Virus record (IMG/VR): IMGVR_UViG_3300016675_000127
Coordinates: 1 to 47,921 of that record
Strand: one strand, 5' to 3'
Length of the DNA: 47,921 nucleotides
DNA from: a virus
Lineage: Duplodnaviria > Caudoviricetes
In this document: positions 1-9,256 of the stretch, piece by piece
Position numbering within the stretch: position 1 is the stretch's first letter
Layout of the letters: the number at the start of each line of letters is the position of its first letter
Program-made: the position numbers and the translations under genes
Notes under the pieces: generated by a model
What the model saw: the letters and a program-made list of their open reading frames with translations, nothing else
Databases searched by the model: none
Told to the model about the DNA's origin: nothing

Positions 1-22
1 TTCATGTTGTAGGTGACATAAA
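1..22. repeat. Terminal direct repeat (assembly circularity overlap), left copy
   Basis: TTCATGTTGTAGGTGACATAAA at 1-22 is identical to 47900-47921, and the tail-protein reading frame continues through the join. Confidence 0.95.
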
Positions 23-968
23 CATAACTGGCAAATTAAGATTAAATGGAAGCACTGGATTAGACCATCAATTTTTAAAGTTTGATGGAACAAATCATGT
101 TTGGGCATATCTTAATGTTGGAGAATTAGAAGATGGTGATACAATTGTTAAATACCAATTAGATAACGGAGAACGTGGTATTAAGTTCTATACAGCAGAT
201 AAAACTAATAATGTATTTAATAACAACGATACATTAGGGTTTATATTTACAAACGAAGATACAGGTATATTTGGTATTCATGGATATAGTTTAAACGCTG
301 ATAAAGTTTTACAAGAATACGGCATACAAATAGACCAAGATACAAATATTTATAGATTAAAAACGGATGGAAAAAGAGCAAGGATATTGACAACAGATGA
401 TTCGATAACTGGCGGAGGTACTACATATTCTTTTAGTTCTCCATTAATTCTGTCAAATAATTCTGTTTCAATACAGAAAGCTAGTAGTACAAGCGATGGT
501 TATTTAAGTGCTGACGATTGGAATAGATTCAATTCTATTTCAGGCGGTAGTGCTAATATAACGGCATCAAATCCTTTAATTTATAGCAATGGCAATTTAT
601 CAATACAACAAGCTACTTCAACTCAAAATGGATTTTTAAGTGCTAGCGATTGGAATAGTTTTAATAGCAAAATTAGTGGTAATGGAGGATTAATTGATGG
701 CGGTAATTTATCTATAAGAACAAGTTTGTTAATAGGCACAAGTAATGCAGACTATGCAATATTATCTCCATCACTTTATAAATTAACTATTGCTCAAAAT
801 TCATCATCTTTAAGCGAAATAATAATTCAAAGCAAAAATGGAACTGGTGGAACAGTGAAAATAGATACAAATAATTTTTATATAGGTAGTGTGAAAATAA
901 ATATGAGTACTTATGGTGCAGGTAAAAAATTAACTTATTTGTCAGCAACAGAAGCAACATGGCAATAG
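1..968 (+). CDS. C-terminal part of the giant tail/fibre protein that starts at 42688 (the 387..968 ORF is only its end)
   Basis: Frame 3 is open from base 3 (HVVGDINITGKLRLNG...) to TAG at 966-968 and in phase with the 42688 ORF across the junction. It has two DG/NG-Y/F-LS-xxDW-xx-FN repeats like the one near 47500. Confidence 0.88.
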   Translation, partial: HVVGDINITGKLRLNGSTGLDHQFLKFDGTNHVWAYLNVGELEDGDTIVKYQLDNGERGIKFYTADKTNNVFNNNDTLGFIFTNEDTGIFGIHGYSLNADKVLQEYGIQIDQDTNIYRLKTDGKRARILTTDDSITGGGTTYSFSSPLILSNNSVSIQKASSTSDGYLSADDWNRFNSISGGSANITASNPLIYSNGNLSIQQATSTQNGFLSASDWNSFNSKISGNGGLIDGGNLSIRTSLLIGTSNADYAILSPSLYKLTIAQNSSSLSEIIIQSKNGTGGTVKIDTNNFYIGSVKINMSTYGAGKKLTYLSATEATWQ

Positions 969-1064
969 TTTAAATATTTTATTGTAAACTTTTTTAAATT
1001 AACTTTGTAAAAACATAAATTCATTAAATAAATCTTTATTCATTAAATTTTAAACTTTAAAAAA

Positions 1065-1418
1065 ATGACAAACAAACAAGCGTACAATTTAGCAACTATC
1101 TGCGGTATTTTAACAAACTCAAAACAGCTTTCATTTGGAGTAATTCGTAGATTATCAAAAAATGCAAAGATTATTGACAGCATTTCAAAAGAAGCACAAG
1201 AAATATTCAAACTAGGGAAAGATAAAGAAAAAACAGAAGAAGAAATTAAAGAAGAAGTAGAGGCATTTGAAAATGAAGAGTTTAAAGGTGAGTTTGAGCC
1301 TATTTCTTTGAGCATTGTTGAGGATGTTAAACCCGAAACTATTTCTGTAAAAGGTTATTCTGACTTAGAACTTACAGCAGGATTATTAGTACTTGAAAAC
1401 AATGACATTTTAAAATAA
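1065..1418 (+). CDS. Hypothetical protein, possible tail-fibre assembly chaperone
   Basis: 117 aa acidic ORF directly after the fibre gene; the function is inferred from position only. Confidence 0.55.
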   Translation: MTNKQAYNLATICGILTNSKQLSFGVIRRLSKNAKIIDSISKEAQEIFKLGKDKEKTEEEIKEEVEAFENEEFKGEFEPISLSIVEDVKPETISVKGYSDLELTAGLLVLENNDILK

Positions 1419-1437
1419 ACTTTTATTTAAACAAAAC

Positions 1438-4002
1438 TTGAATACCATGCCAAGCACAAAGCCAATTTTTATGGATGTTATTATATATAACTCATCCACA
1501 CAAAAATATGCAGGACTATATTTTAAATCTGAAAAAGTCGATGGTAGCGGAACTGCCGAAGACCAATTTTACTGGATTAATACTAATGGTGCTGGAGAAA
1601 TAGTTGATTGGCGTTCAAATATGCTAAATGGATGGTATTCAAGTAAATCGTCTGCAGAAGCAAATAAGCCAAGCGGTTATACAGACAATGTACCTGCAAA
1701 TTTAAACGATAAGTTTATGGTAGGTTTTATGCCAGCTTGGTACACGACTGATAATATTGCAGGTTATCCTTATAAAGTTAATGGCGACCCTACCATAAAT
1801 CCACATAAATACACATTGGACGCTATTGATAAAATGATTGATGCTGGTATTACATTTTTAAAATTTCCAATCAATATTTCTTATATTTATTTTTCAAAAT
1901 CTGATTATGATATAGATACTGCTAATAGTGATGGAAATGCTATAAATGCAATGTACAATAACTCTCTTTCACAAATGGACAAATTAGTCAAAAATGCTAT
2001 TGATTTAATTGTTCAAAAAGGGAAAAGTAAACAAGTATCTATTGCATTTAGACTAGAAACAGACATGAATAGATTTGGATGGAATAATAATACACTTTGG
2101 AATCCAAGATTAATACAAGATTCTGATTTAATGGTTGATAATACTGGTGCTATTGCATCTGGTATATATTTAAGAGGTTCATTAAGTTATTCATCTGTAA
2201 ATGCTTTAAATATTGCAAAAAATTTTACAAGAAATATTTTAAGAAGATATAAATCTTATGCAAATGACAGAGGTATAAATGTACATTGGTTTTCAGTTGT
2301 AAATTCACAATCATCAGAAGCTGAATATGGGTTTGAAAATAATATATATGAATGGGTTGATAGTAGAACAGCAAGATTAATGGATTATTCAAATAATGCA
2401 GTTGTAGCATTTAGGTCATGGTTGCAAAGTTCAACTGGAGGTAATTATACAATATCTACTTTAAATCAAGCTTGGGGAACAAATTTTGCTAATTTCGATT
2501 CTATAAATAGGGAAAATTTACCTGCTTGGGGTATTTCAGACCCTGAACAAGTGAACAATTTTAGATTTAATAATCAAAAAGGTAAAGATTGGTATAATTT
2601 TTTAGTTACTCAATATATTAATTTTTATAAAGAAATAAAAAACGTTGTAAATTCATATATAAACCCAGACGGATCTACTGTCAAATATATGCTTGAATCT
2701 GGAGCGGATTTGTTAGAATTAAGTTTTGCAGTAAACTCAAATTCATATAAAAGATTAACATTTGAGCAGTCAAGAATACAAGAATGTTATGACTATCATA
2801 AATGCTGGGCAAGTTTTTATCCTGATGCACCTGACGAAAGTAATACTTGGGGTGCAATACAAACAGATTTTGCAAGAACTAATTCAGAAATTTATAACAA
2901 AAAAATGGGGACTGAATTATACGCAAACGATGCTTTATCAAGTGGTGTTTTTGGAGATTTAGCTTCAATGACAAATCATTTTAAAGGAATTAACACTGTA
3001 TTAGTTAAAAATAAAATAAAAGAAATTGTATATATTGCTCCTAATGAATTTAATACAAATTATTTTTATCAATTTGAATCCGCAAGGCAATCTGTAATAG
3101 ATTTAATAAGCAAAATAAAAAGTATTAGTACGTATGAAAATCCAACTACCGAAGTAACTTTTACTATTGATTATCTTCTTGTAAATGGAATAACTGCAAT
3201 ATTTAATCTTTGGAAGTCATACGGAGGTAGCACGTCAAATAGAATAAAATTAAGTATTGGCAATACAACTTCTGGAGGTAGCACAGGTGGAGATACAGGA
3301 AGTGGAACAACTTGTACCGGAGATGTTTCTTATACAATTTATTCAGATAATTTAGGTGCATATCATCAATATTGCTTAGCAAATAGAAAATATCGTTCAA
3401 ATATTGATAATGCTGGAAGTAATAATGGGGGTAATAAATATTATAACTTTGATTCTGCTGGTAAATATACTGGAACTGAAAACCCAGGGACATATTTTGT
3501 ATTTGCATTACCAACTCACTCAATAACTAATGATAATACAACTACATCTACATTAGCTGTACATCAGGTTGAAATTTACGATAATGCTACTAATGCTTTA
3601 TTATTTAAAAATACACAATTTAGAGGCTATCGTTACAATAGTGCATCTTCTGGTAATTTTAATTTAAACAATTCGCATCCATCAAATGGAACGGTAGGGG
3701 CAAGTCCAATTTATACAAATGGTGATTCAACGTTTTTCTTTGAACTTAATAGAAACTATAAAGTAATAATTAAAAATTTAGCTGGTGTATTTACTGCTAA
3801 ATTAGAGAATATTAATGCTGATGCTAATACTTACAGAGTTTATTATGAGGGAAAAATGAATACTAGCTCTACTTTAGAAATAACCATAAATCCTACTAAG
3901 ATTTTAACAGCATATATTAGAGGATTGAAATTAGTATTAGATAGATTTACTACAACAGATACTATACCTACAACAGATAATAGAAGCCTATTAGCACCAT
4001 GA
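1438..4002 (+). CDS. Large glycoside hydrolase-like protein (GH42 beta-galactosidase-like/clan GH-A), probably a virion-associated depolymerase; true start may be ATG 1447
   Basis: Contains FRSWLQ...YTISTLNQAWGTNFANFDSI...DWYNF, resembling the GH42 FxxWLxxxYxTIxxLNxAWGT motif, then a Gly/Ser/Thr linker and a beta-rich C-terminal domain. It lies between tail and lysis genes. Confidence 0.65.
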   Translation: MNTMPSTKPIFMDVIIYNSSTQKYAGLYFKSEKVDGSGTAEDQFYWINTNGAGEIVDWRSNMLNGWYSSKSSAEANKPSGYTDNVPANLNDKFMVGFMPAWYTTDNIAGYPYKVNGDPTINPHKYTLDAIDKMIDAGITFLKFPINISYIYFSKSDYDIDTANSDGNAINAMYNNSLSQMDKLVKNAIDLIVQKGKSKQVSIAFRLETDMNRFGWNNNTLWNPRLIQDSDLMVDNTGAIASGIYLRGSLSYSSVNALNIAKNFTRNILRRYKSYANDRGINVHWFSVVNSQSSEAEYGFENNIYEWVDSRTARLMDYSNNAVVAFRSWLQSSTGGNYTISTLNQAWGTNFANFDSINRENLPAWGISDPEQVNNFRFNNQKGKDWYNFLVTQYINFYKEIKNVVNSYINPDGSTVKYMLESGADLLELSFAVNSNSYKRLTFEQSRIQECYDYHKCWASFYPDAPDESNTWGAIQTDFARTNSEIYNKKMGTELYANDALSSGVFGDLASMTNHFKGINTVLVKNKIKEIVYIAPNEFNTNYFYQFESARQSVIDLISKIKSISTYENPTTEVTFTIDYLLVNGITAIFNLWKSYGGSTSNRIKLSIGNTTSGGSTGGDTGSGTTCTGDVSYTIYSDNLGAYHQYCLANRKYRSNIDNAGSNNGGNKYYNFDSAGKYTGTENPGTYFVFALPTHSITNDNTTTSTLAVHQVEIYDNATNALLFKNTQFRGYRYNSASSGNFNLNNSHPSNGTVGASPIYTNGDSTFFFELNRNYKVIIKNLAGVFTAKLENINADANTYRVYYEGKMNTSSTLEITINPTKILTAYIRGLKLVLDRFTTTDTIPTTDNRSLLAP

Positions 4003-4448
4003 CAACAAGCGAAAACGGATATAATTTAATTAAGGAGTTTGAAGGCTGGTCTTCAACTCCTTATATCTGCCCAGCAGGCAAGCCTACAATTGGCTGGGGT
4101 TTGACATTTTATGCAGACGGCAAGTCTGTAACAATGAAAGACCCCCAGCTTACAAAAATACAAGGCGATATTTTGCTTGAAAAAATCTTTATGCAAGTAT
4201 TTCATAGGCATATACCTACAAATGTCAATCAAAATCAATTTGATGCCTTGTCAAGCCTTATTTGGAATATTGGCGTAACTAATTTTAATAAAAGTACGCT
4301 AAGAATGAAAGTTAAAAACAATCCAGACGACAAAAGTATCAGAGATGAGTTTATGAAATGGAATAAGGCTCGAAAAGGAACAAAACTTGTAGTTTTAGAC
4401 GGATTAACACGTAGGCGTAAAAAAGAAGCAGATTTATATTTTAGTTAA
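3999..4448 (+). CDS. Endolysin, GH24 phage lysozyme
   Basis: Catalytic E-X8-C-X5-T (EGWSSTPYICPAGKPTIGWG), NQNQFDALSSLIWNIG and GLTRRRKKEADLY. Confidence 0.93.
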   Translation: MTTSENGYNLIKEFEGWSSTPYICPAGKPTIGWGLTFYADGKSVTMKDPQLTKIQGDILLEKIFMQVFHRHIPTNVNQNQFDALSSLIWNIGVTNFNKSTLRMKVKNNPDDKSIRDEFMKWNKARKGTKLVVLDGLTRRRKKEADLYFS

Positions 4449-4493
4449 AAAATATTTCAATAGAAATTTTAGTTAAAAAAACAAACAATAGCC

Positions 4494-4895
4494 ATGAATG
4501 ATGAAATTGCAATTAACGAATTACTTGGAGATTTTATCTTTAAAGTAAATGCAAAAAGTTTTACAGATGAAATTGGAGTAAGTAGAACAGTGGCAGGAAT
4601 AAAAGCAAAGATTATAGGAAATATTGAATGTAATTTAAGCGAAGAATTTAGCCGTACATTTTATATTGCTTTTGTGTTAAATACAGGAGTTTTATATGGC
4701 GAAAGAAATGCAAGTACAAATGAGTTTATTGCACGTATGATTCAAGCTGGAGCAGACGAAGCAACGGCAAAGGCAAATGTATTTAATATTTGCAAAAATC
4801 TTGAGTATGGCACTAAGGAACAGAAATATAATGCAGGTAATTATCTAGCAAATGCCTATGGATACGAGTTACAACCGATTGAGAACCAAAATTAA
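4494..4895 (+). CDS. Hypothetical protein
   Basis: 133 aa ORF in the lysis region with no recognised motif. Confidence 0.65.
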   Translation: MNDEIAINELLGDFIFKVNAKSFTDEIGVSRTVAGIKAKIIGNIECNLSEEFSRTFYIAFVLNTGVLYGERNASTNEFIARMIQAGADEATAKANVFNICKNLEYGTKEQKYNAGNYLANAYGYELQPIENQN

Positions 4896-5244
4896 GATTA
4901 ATAAAAGCGGATTAAAATATAATCTTTTTGAAATTTCAGAAGCATTTTACTTTATAGTAAATGAGAAAAGAATATATGTGATGAGTGGATTTATAACGGA
5001 TTTAGCAAGCATACCGCAATTTTTGTGGTGGCTATTCCCTCCGCATTGCAACGCTTTTGTTGCATCAATTATCCATGACTATATTTCACAATTGAAGCTA
5101 TTTGATAGAAAAGAATGTGATAAGATATTTTTAAATTTACTATTGCAATCTGGAATGAGTAAATTTCAAGCATATATTATGTATGCTTTTGTAAGTATAT
5201 TTAGTGTTAAGTATTATGGGAAAATAAAATTTACAAAAAAATGA
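4852..5244 (+). CDS. DUF1353-like protein
   Basis: GFITDLASIP...IIHDY...RKECDKIF signature. Confidence 0.8.
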   Translation: MPMDTSYNRLRTKIKINKSGLKYNLFEISEAFYFIVNEKRIYVMSGFITDLASIPQFLWWLFPPHCNAFVASIIHDYISQLKLFDRKECDKIFLNLLLQSGMSKFQAYIMYAFVSIFSVKYYGKIKFTKK

Positions 5245-5627
5245 TACAGAAAATTAAAGATTACGCATTAATGGCAGTAGTTTTGATATTAATAGGAACT
5301 ATTACTTATTTTGTTGCTACTTATACAGTTGTTAAGGTTAAATATTTAGAAGAATTAGAGCATCAAATAGAAAAAGACAGTTCACTTATAAGTGAATTAA
5401 ATGCAAAAGTTGTAAAGCAAGATAGTGTAATTGGTAGTTTAAAAGATGAAAATGCACTATATTCATCAAATATAGGTAAAATGCAACAAGTTTTCATTGA
5501 TTTAAAAAGAGAAAATACTATATTAGCAGACAAGATGGACAAAATAGAGAAAAATGGTAATGTAAGATATTTTGTTAAATCTTTTTGGTCTAAAAAATAT
5601 GAAGAAGTTTTCGAGAAACCGAAATGA
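5241..5627 (+). CDS. Membrane-anchored coiled-coil protein, putative inner spanin-like
   Basis: N-terminal transmembrane helix followed by heptad-like repeats, in the lysis cluster. Confidence 0.55.
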   Translation: MIQKIKDYALMAVVLILIGTITYFVATYTVVKVKYLEELEHQIEKDSSLISELNAKVVKQDSVIGSLKDENALYSSNIGKMQQVFIDLKRENTILADKMDKIEKNGNVRYFVKSFWSKKYEEVFEKPK

Positions 5628-6601
5628 AATTAGAGAATATACAAATATTAGATGAGCATTATAATCCAGAGTTATCAAATATTGATAATGTAAATATCTT
5701 ATTGAAAAAAGGTATTTGGAATTATGCAACTCGCCATGCACAAGATTTGGTAAGCCTTTATGTTAGATTTCATTTAGCTGATAGAGAATCAAGAAAACAA
5801 ATTGCAAAAGAAAAAGTATTACAAGAATTAAAAATTGAGCTTCCAGATAGTTTAATTGCTACTAAAGAAGATTATTACCTACCTTCGCATCTTAAAAATA
5901 TACTCGTACTTTCTGATATACATTTACCTTATTACGATAAAGAAGCCGTTTTGACAGCTATTGAGTTTGGTATTAATCAAAATGTAGATACAATCTATTT
6001 GAATGGAGATATTGTTGATTTTAATAGCGTTTCAAGGTGGCAAACAAGCCCTAACGAGCGAGATTTAATGAATGAGGTTAAAATATCAAGACTATTCTTT
6101 AAATACCTTAGAAACGTGTTTCCTACGCAAACAATAATTTGGAAATTAGGCAATCACGAGGAGAGATGGGAAAGTTTTTTATCAAGTAAAGCATCAGAGA
6201 TTTTTAACTTAGACGTATTATATTTAGGTAAGTTGTTTCAAGTTGATGAGCTTGGAATTGAGCTAGTTGATGGCAAAACAATTGCACATTTTGGAAACCT
6301 AACTGTTGTACATGGACACGAGCTTCCACGTGGAATAGGTTCTCCAGTCAATCCTGCGAGAGGTCTTTATATGAAAGCTAAAGAATCAGCTTTATGCGGA
6401 CATCATCATCAAACATCAGAGCATACAGAAAAAAGCATTAACGGGAAAATTGTAAGTTGTTGGACTACTGGATGTCTTTCAGATTTAAGACCTTCATATA
6501 GTACAGTAAATAAATACAATCATGGATTTGCACACGTACAACTTGACAATGAACAATTTGAAGTAAGAAACTATAAAATCATAAACAACAAAATATATTA
6601 A
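5624..6601 (+). CDS. Calcineurin-like metallophosphoesterase
   Basis: SDIH, NGDIVD, GNHE, HGH and GHHH motifs in the correct order. Confidence 0.88.
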   Translation: MKLENIQILDEHYNPELSNIDNVNILLKKGIWNYATRHAQDLVSLYVRFHLADRESRKQIAKEKVLQELKIELPDSLIATKEDYYLPSHLKNILVLSDIHLPYYDKEAVLTAIEFGINQNVDTIYLNGDIVDFNSVSRWQTSPNERDLMNEVKISRLFFKYLRNVFPTQTIIWKLGNHEERWESFLSSKASEIFNLDVLYLGKLFQVDELGIELVDGKTIAHFGNLTVVHGHELPRGIGSPVNPARGLYMKAKESALCGHHHQTSEHTEKSINGKIVSCWTTGCLSDLRPSYSTVNKYNHGFAHVQLDNEQFEVRNYKIINNKIY

Positions 6602-6605
6602 TGAG

Positions 6606-7130
6606 ATGCTTAGGAATATTATCTACATAAAAACAAACTTTATTCAATTAATGGTGCAACACCCGGATATGACGACTTTTATGTCAATGTTTTCTTTATT
6701 AATTAGCTTCGTTTTTAAATCGTGGCAAATAGATATTTTACTGTTTGGACTCATGGTAACGCTAATAATTTTGGACACGTTATTAGGCGTTGCACGAGCT
6801 AAAAAAGAAAAGAAGTTTGACAGAAAAGTATTAACTGAAAAGATTATTGGAAAAGTTGTCGGATATTTATTATTTTTGGTATCTCTTTGGATATTTATAA
6901 TGATGTTATTTATTATCAATATCAACGATGGCAAGCCTTTTATTGATGATTATTGGCTTAATTTACCAATGATGACAGCATTGCTATTCTTTAGTGCAGT
7001 AGAATATTTGAGTATTAGCGATAAGATTAAGGACTTATATGGTATTAAGCTCCCGACAGCGTGGCAAGATAAGATTGAGGATTTTGTAGAAAAGGGAGAT
7101 ATAGATGAGATTAAGAATTTAGGTAAGTAG
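6606..7130 (+). CDS. Holin (phage holin family-4-like)
   Basis: Several TM segments, LDTLLGV...K and E-x-x-SI motifs, charged C-terminus. Confidence 0.75.
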   Translation: MLRNIIYIKTNFIQLMVQHPDMTTFMSMFSLLISFVFKSWQIDILLFGLMVTLIILDTLLGVARAKKEKKFDRKVLTEKIIGKVVGYLLFLVSLWIFIMMLFIININDGKPFIDDYWLNLPMMTALLFFSAVEYLSISDKIKDLYGIKLPTAWQDKIEDFVEKGDIDEIKNLGK

Positions 7131-7168
7131 TTAAAAAATAGTTATTTGGTTTTTCATTTGCAAGCAAC

Positions 7169-7203
7169 AAAAAAGCACTCCGTTTGAGAGTGCTATTTTT
7201 TTT
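7169..7203. terminator. Bidirectional intrinsic terminator
   Basis: A-run, AGCACTC-loop-GAGTGCT, T-run, between convergent genes. Confidence 0.8.
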
Positions 7204-7281
7204 AATCTTTATCGCTTAGTCTTATTGCTATATAAATAACAAATAATATAAAAACGACGATTTGAGTATAGAATAAATATT

Positions 7282-7902
7282 TCATTTTTCGTATTGATAA
7301 GCTTGTTGAGCATCTTTTTTTAGTGATTCATAATCTTTCATGTCAAATGTACCAGCGAGCAATTTTGATTCAAATTCCCTGCGGTTTATAAGTCCTTTAC
7401 TAACTACATATTTAACATTTCCTCTTTTGTCTTTTACTTGCACCTTATTCCATTTTTTAAAATAAGAAATAGCTTTTTTTGTATTTCCTGCAACAAGATG
7501 CTTTAAGAAATCAGATTTTTTAATAGCAGATAAGCTACCCGTATTATAGTATAGCGATACGATAACAGACTTTTGCATATATGATAATGTAGGGAATGCC
7601 TTATTGACTTCATTGTATTTTTTAGTGATTAGATTTTTAAATAATTCATCTGCATGAGCCTTGCTTTTTACGCTTTTTATTCCAGTTGCTTCGGTATTAA
7701 ATTCCCAGCCTACTGTTTTCTTTTGAGCTTGACATTTATAAGCGTTTAATGTCAATTTTTCAACACGTTTTACCTGCCAGCACATTATTTGATACAATTG
7801 AGTGCTAGTAAAATTAGTTGTTTTTTTCTTAAATAATTGAGCTTCTGAATAGTTAATATTTAACAATAAAGCTGAAAAAATTGTAATTACTATCTTTTTC
7901 AT
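7282..7902 (-). CDS. Second GH24-like lysozyme with an N-terminal signal peptide
   Basis: Signal peptide MKKIVITIFSALLLNINYSEA/Q, E-X8-C-X5-T (EKLTLNAYKCQAQKKT), SLYYNTG and KWNK...GLINRREFE. Confidence 0.78.
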   Translation of the reverse strand: MKKIVITIFSALLLNINYSEAQLFKKKTTNFTSTQLYQIMCWQVKRVEKLTLNAYKCQAQKKTVGWEFNTEATGIKSVKSKAHADELFKNLITKKYNEVNKAFPTLSYMQKSVIVSLYYNTGSLSAIKKSDFLKHLVAGNTKKAISYFKKWNKVQVKDKRGNVKYVVSKGLINRREFESKLLAGTFDMKDYESLKKDAQQAYQYEK

Positions 7903-7914
7903 GTTTATAAATGT

Positions 7915-8022
7915 TTAGTTTTTATGCCTATTTTTTTTATTAGTGTACTTGATATGCAAGTACAAAGAGTAGAAGCCTATTACAAATAAATAAGCTTCTA
8001 TGGTTTTAATAAATTCAATCAT
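7915..8022 (-). CDS. Small 35-aa peptide with one hydrophobic segment (not in ORF track)
   Basis: MIEFIKTIEAYLFVIGFYSLYLHIKYTNKKNRHKN*; fills the gap between two leftward genes and overlaps the upstream stop. Confidence 0.45.
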   Translation of the reverse strand: MIEFIKTIEAYLFVIGFYSLYLHIKYTNKKNRHKN

Positions 8023-8263
8023 TTTCAAAGCTTATTTCAACATCAATATCAGCAACTTTAAAGCTAAAAACCTTGAAAGTTGAATCTTCATCAATGAATG
8101 ATTTTATTAATAGCTCCAGGTTATCTTCAACTTGTTTATTTTTTTCTCCTTGCAGACGAATAGATTTTTTATAAAGTGCTATTGAATAAAATATGTCTGA
8201 CAAATCAACTACGTTAAATAGTTTAGCTAAAAAGTTTAAAATTGTTATTTTAGTGATTTCCAT
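8015..8263 (-). CDS. Hypothetical protein
   Basis: 82 aa ORF in the leftward operon. Confidence 0.65.
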   Translation of the reverse strand: MEITKITILNFLAKLFNVVDLSDIFYSIALYKKSIRLQGEKNKQVEDNLELLIKSFIDEDSTFKVFSFKVADIDVEISFEND

Positions 8264-8274
8264 TGTATTAAAGA

Positions 8275-8580
8275 TTAAATGTTAAAATAAGTTCTGATAA
8301 TTGGGTACATATTCCACGTATCAACACGTTTTTCAAACTTTCCTAGTTCTGAATCTAAACTAAAAACAGATTCATATTTTGTTTCAAGATCCGATATGCC
8401 GTAGAAGTCTGGATTGTGTTCTTTCATTATATCTAGCTCCGACAATTGCTTGCCGGCTATATTATAATAGATTTGGTTGATTAAGAAGCTTTCATAGCGT
8501 GAGCGACTTTTTTTAGCACGATATACAGATAACTTAATATCTATAATTATTTGTTCGATTGTTTTGTTTTGGTTTTGCAT
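8275..8580 (-). CDS. Hypothetical protein, first gene of the leftward early operon
   Basis: 101 aa with an A-rich leader CTAAACAATTTACAACT-ATG. Confidence 0.7.
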   Translation of the reverse strand: MQNQNKTIEQIIIDIKLSVYRAKKSRSRYESFLINQIYYNIAGKQLSELDIMKEHNPDFYGISDLETKYESVFSLDSELGKFEKRVDTWNMYPIIRTYFNI

Positions 8581-8599
8581 AGTTGTAAATTGTTTAGTT

Positions 8600-8725
8600 G
8601 TTATTACATTGCAAAGTAAGTAATTAAATTTTATATCTACAAATATTTTAGTAAAAAAATTACTAAAAAAATAATAAATAATTTTATTTGCATTACTAAT
8701 TATTTTGTATTTACTTTACAAAAGA
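8600..8725. promoter_or_regulatory. Divergent promoter/operator region
   Basis: Gap between divergent operons with a leftward TTACTTTG (near TAnnTTTG) and imperfect TTACTAA-N4-TTAGTAA palindromes at 8637-8654 and 8693-8710. Confidence 0.6.
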
Positions 8726-8742
8726 ATCAAATAGATAACAAT

Positions 8743-8904
8743 ATGATAAAGCCAAAAGTTAGTGCAAAAAACCTGCTTGCATACCTGCACAAGCAAGGAT
8801 TAACAGATTATAATATACATAGAATATATAATCATACAGCAGGAAAGATATTTGATAAAAATATCGAAAAAGCAATCATTAAATTAAATAAACTTATTTC
8901 TTAA
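8743..8904 (+). CDS. Small basic protein (53 aa), candidate Cro-like regulator (not in ORF track)
   Basis: MIKPKVSAKNLLAYLHKQGLTDYNIHRIYNHTAGKIFDKNIEKAIIKLNKLIS*; first rightward gene after the divergent region. The role is inferred from position. Confidence 0.5.
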   Translation: MIKPKVSAKNLLAYLHKQGLTDYNIHRIYNHTAGKIFDKNIEKAIIKLNKLIS

Positions 8905-8917
8905 CTAAAAAACAATT

Positions 8918-9217
8918 ATGAAAAGCATGAAAAGTATGCAAGAAGTAGAGGTAATCTGGACAGAAGCACTTTTATACATAGGTGCATGGTCTATTACAGA
9001 CATTTTAAAAGAGTGTGAGTGGAGTTTCAATGAAGATTCACAATTATTCACTATCGAGTACGTAAACGACATTGATTTTACACGAAGCGACATTGATGGA
9101 GAAAATGAAACTTTGTATTACAGAAATGACACTTACAATTTCAATAACTACACAGAAGAAAGTTTCATTGAATTTTTGACTGATGTAGCAGAAAAAGATG
9201 CAAGATTTAATATTTAA
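8918..9217 (+). CDS. Hypothetical, highly acidic protein
   Basis: 99 aa, rich in D/E and aromatic residues. Confidence 0.7.
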   Translation: MKSMKSMQEVEVIWTEALLYIGAWSITDILKECEWSFNEDSQLFTIEYVNDIDFTRSDIDGENETLYYRNDTYNFNNYTEESFIEFLTDVAEKDARFNI

Positions 9218-9256
9218 CAATCGGAGGTAGCAATACCTCCATAAACCAATAAAAAA

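Noticed and set aside
387-968. Stand-alone 193-aa gene
   Set aside because: The frame is open upstream through the circular junction, so it is the C-terminus of the 42688 gene.
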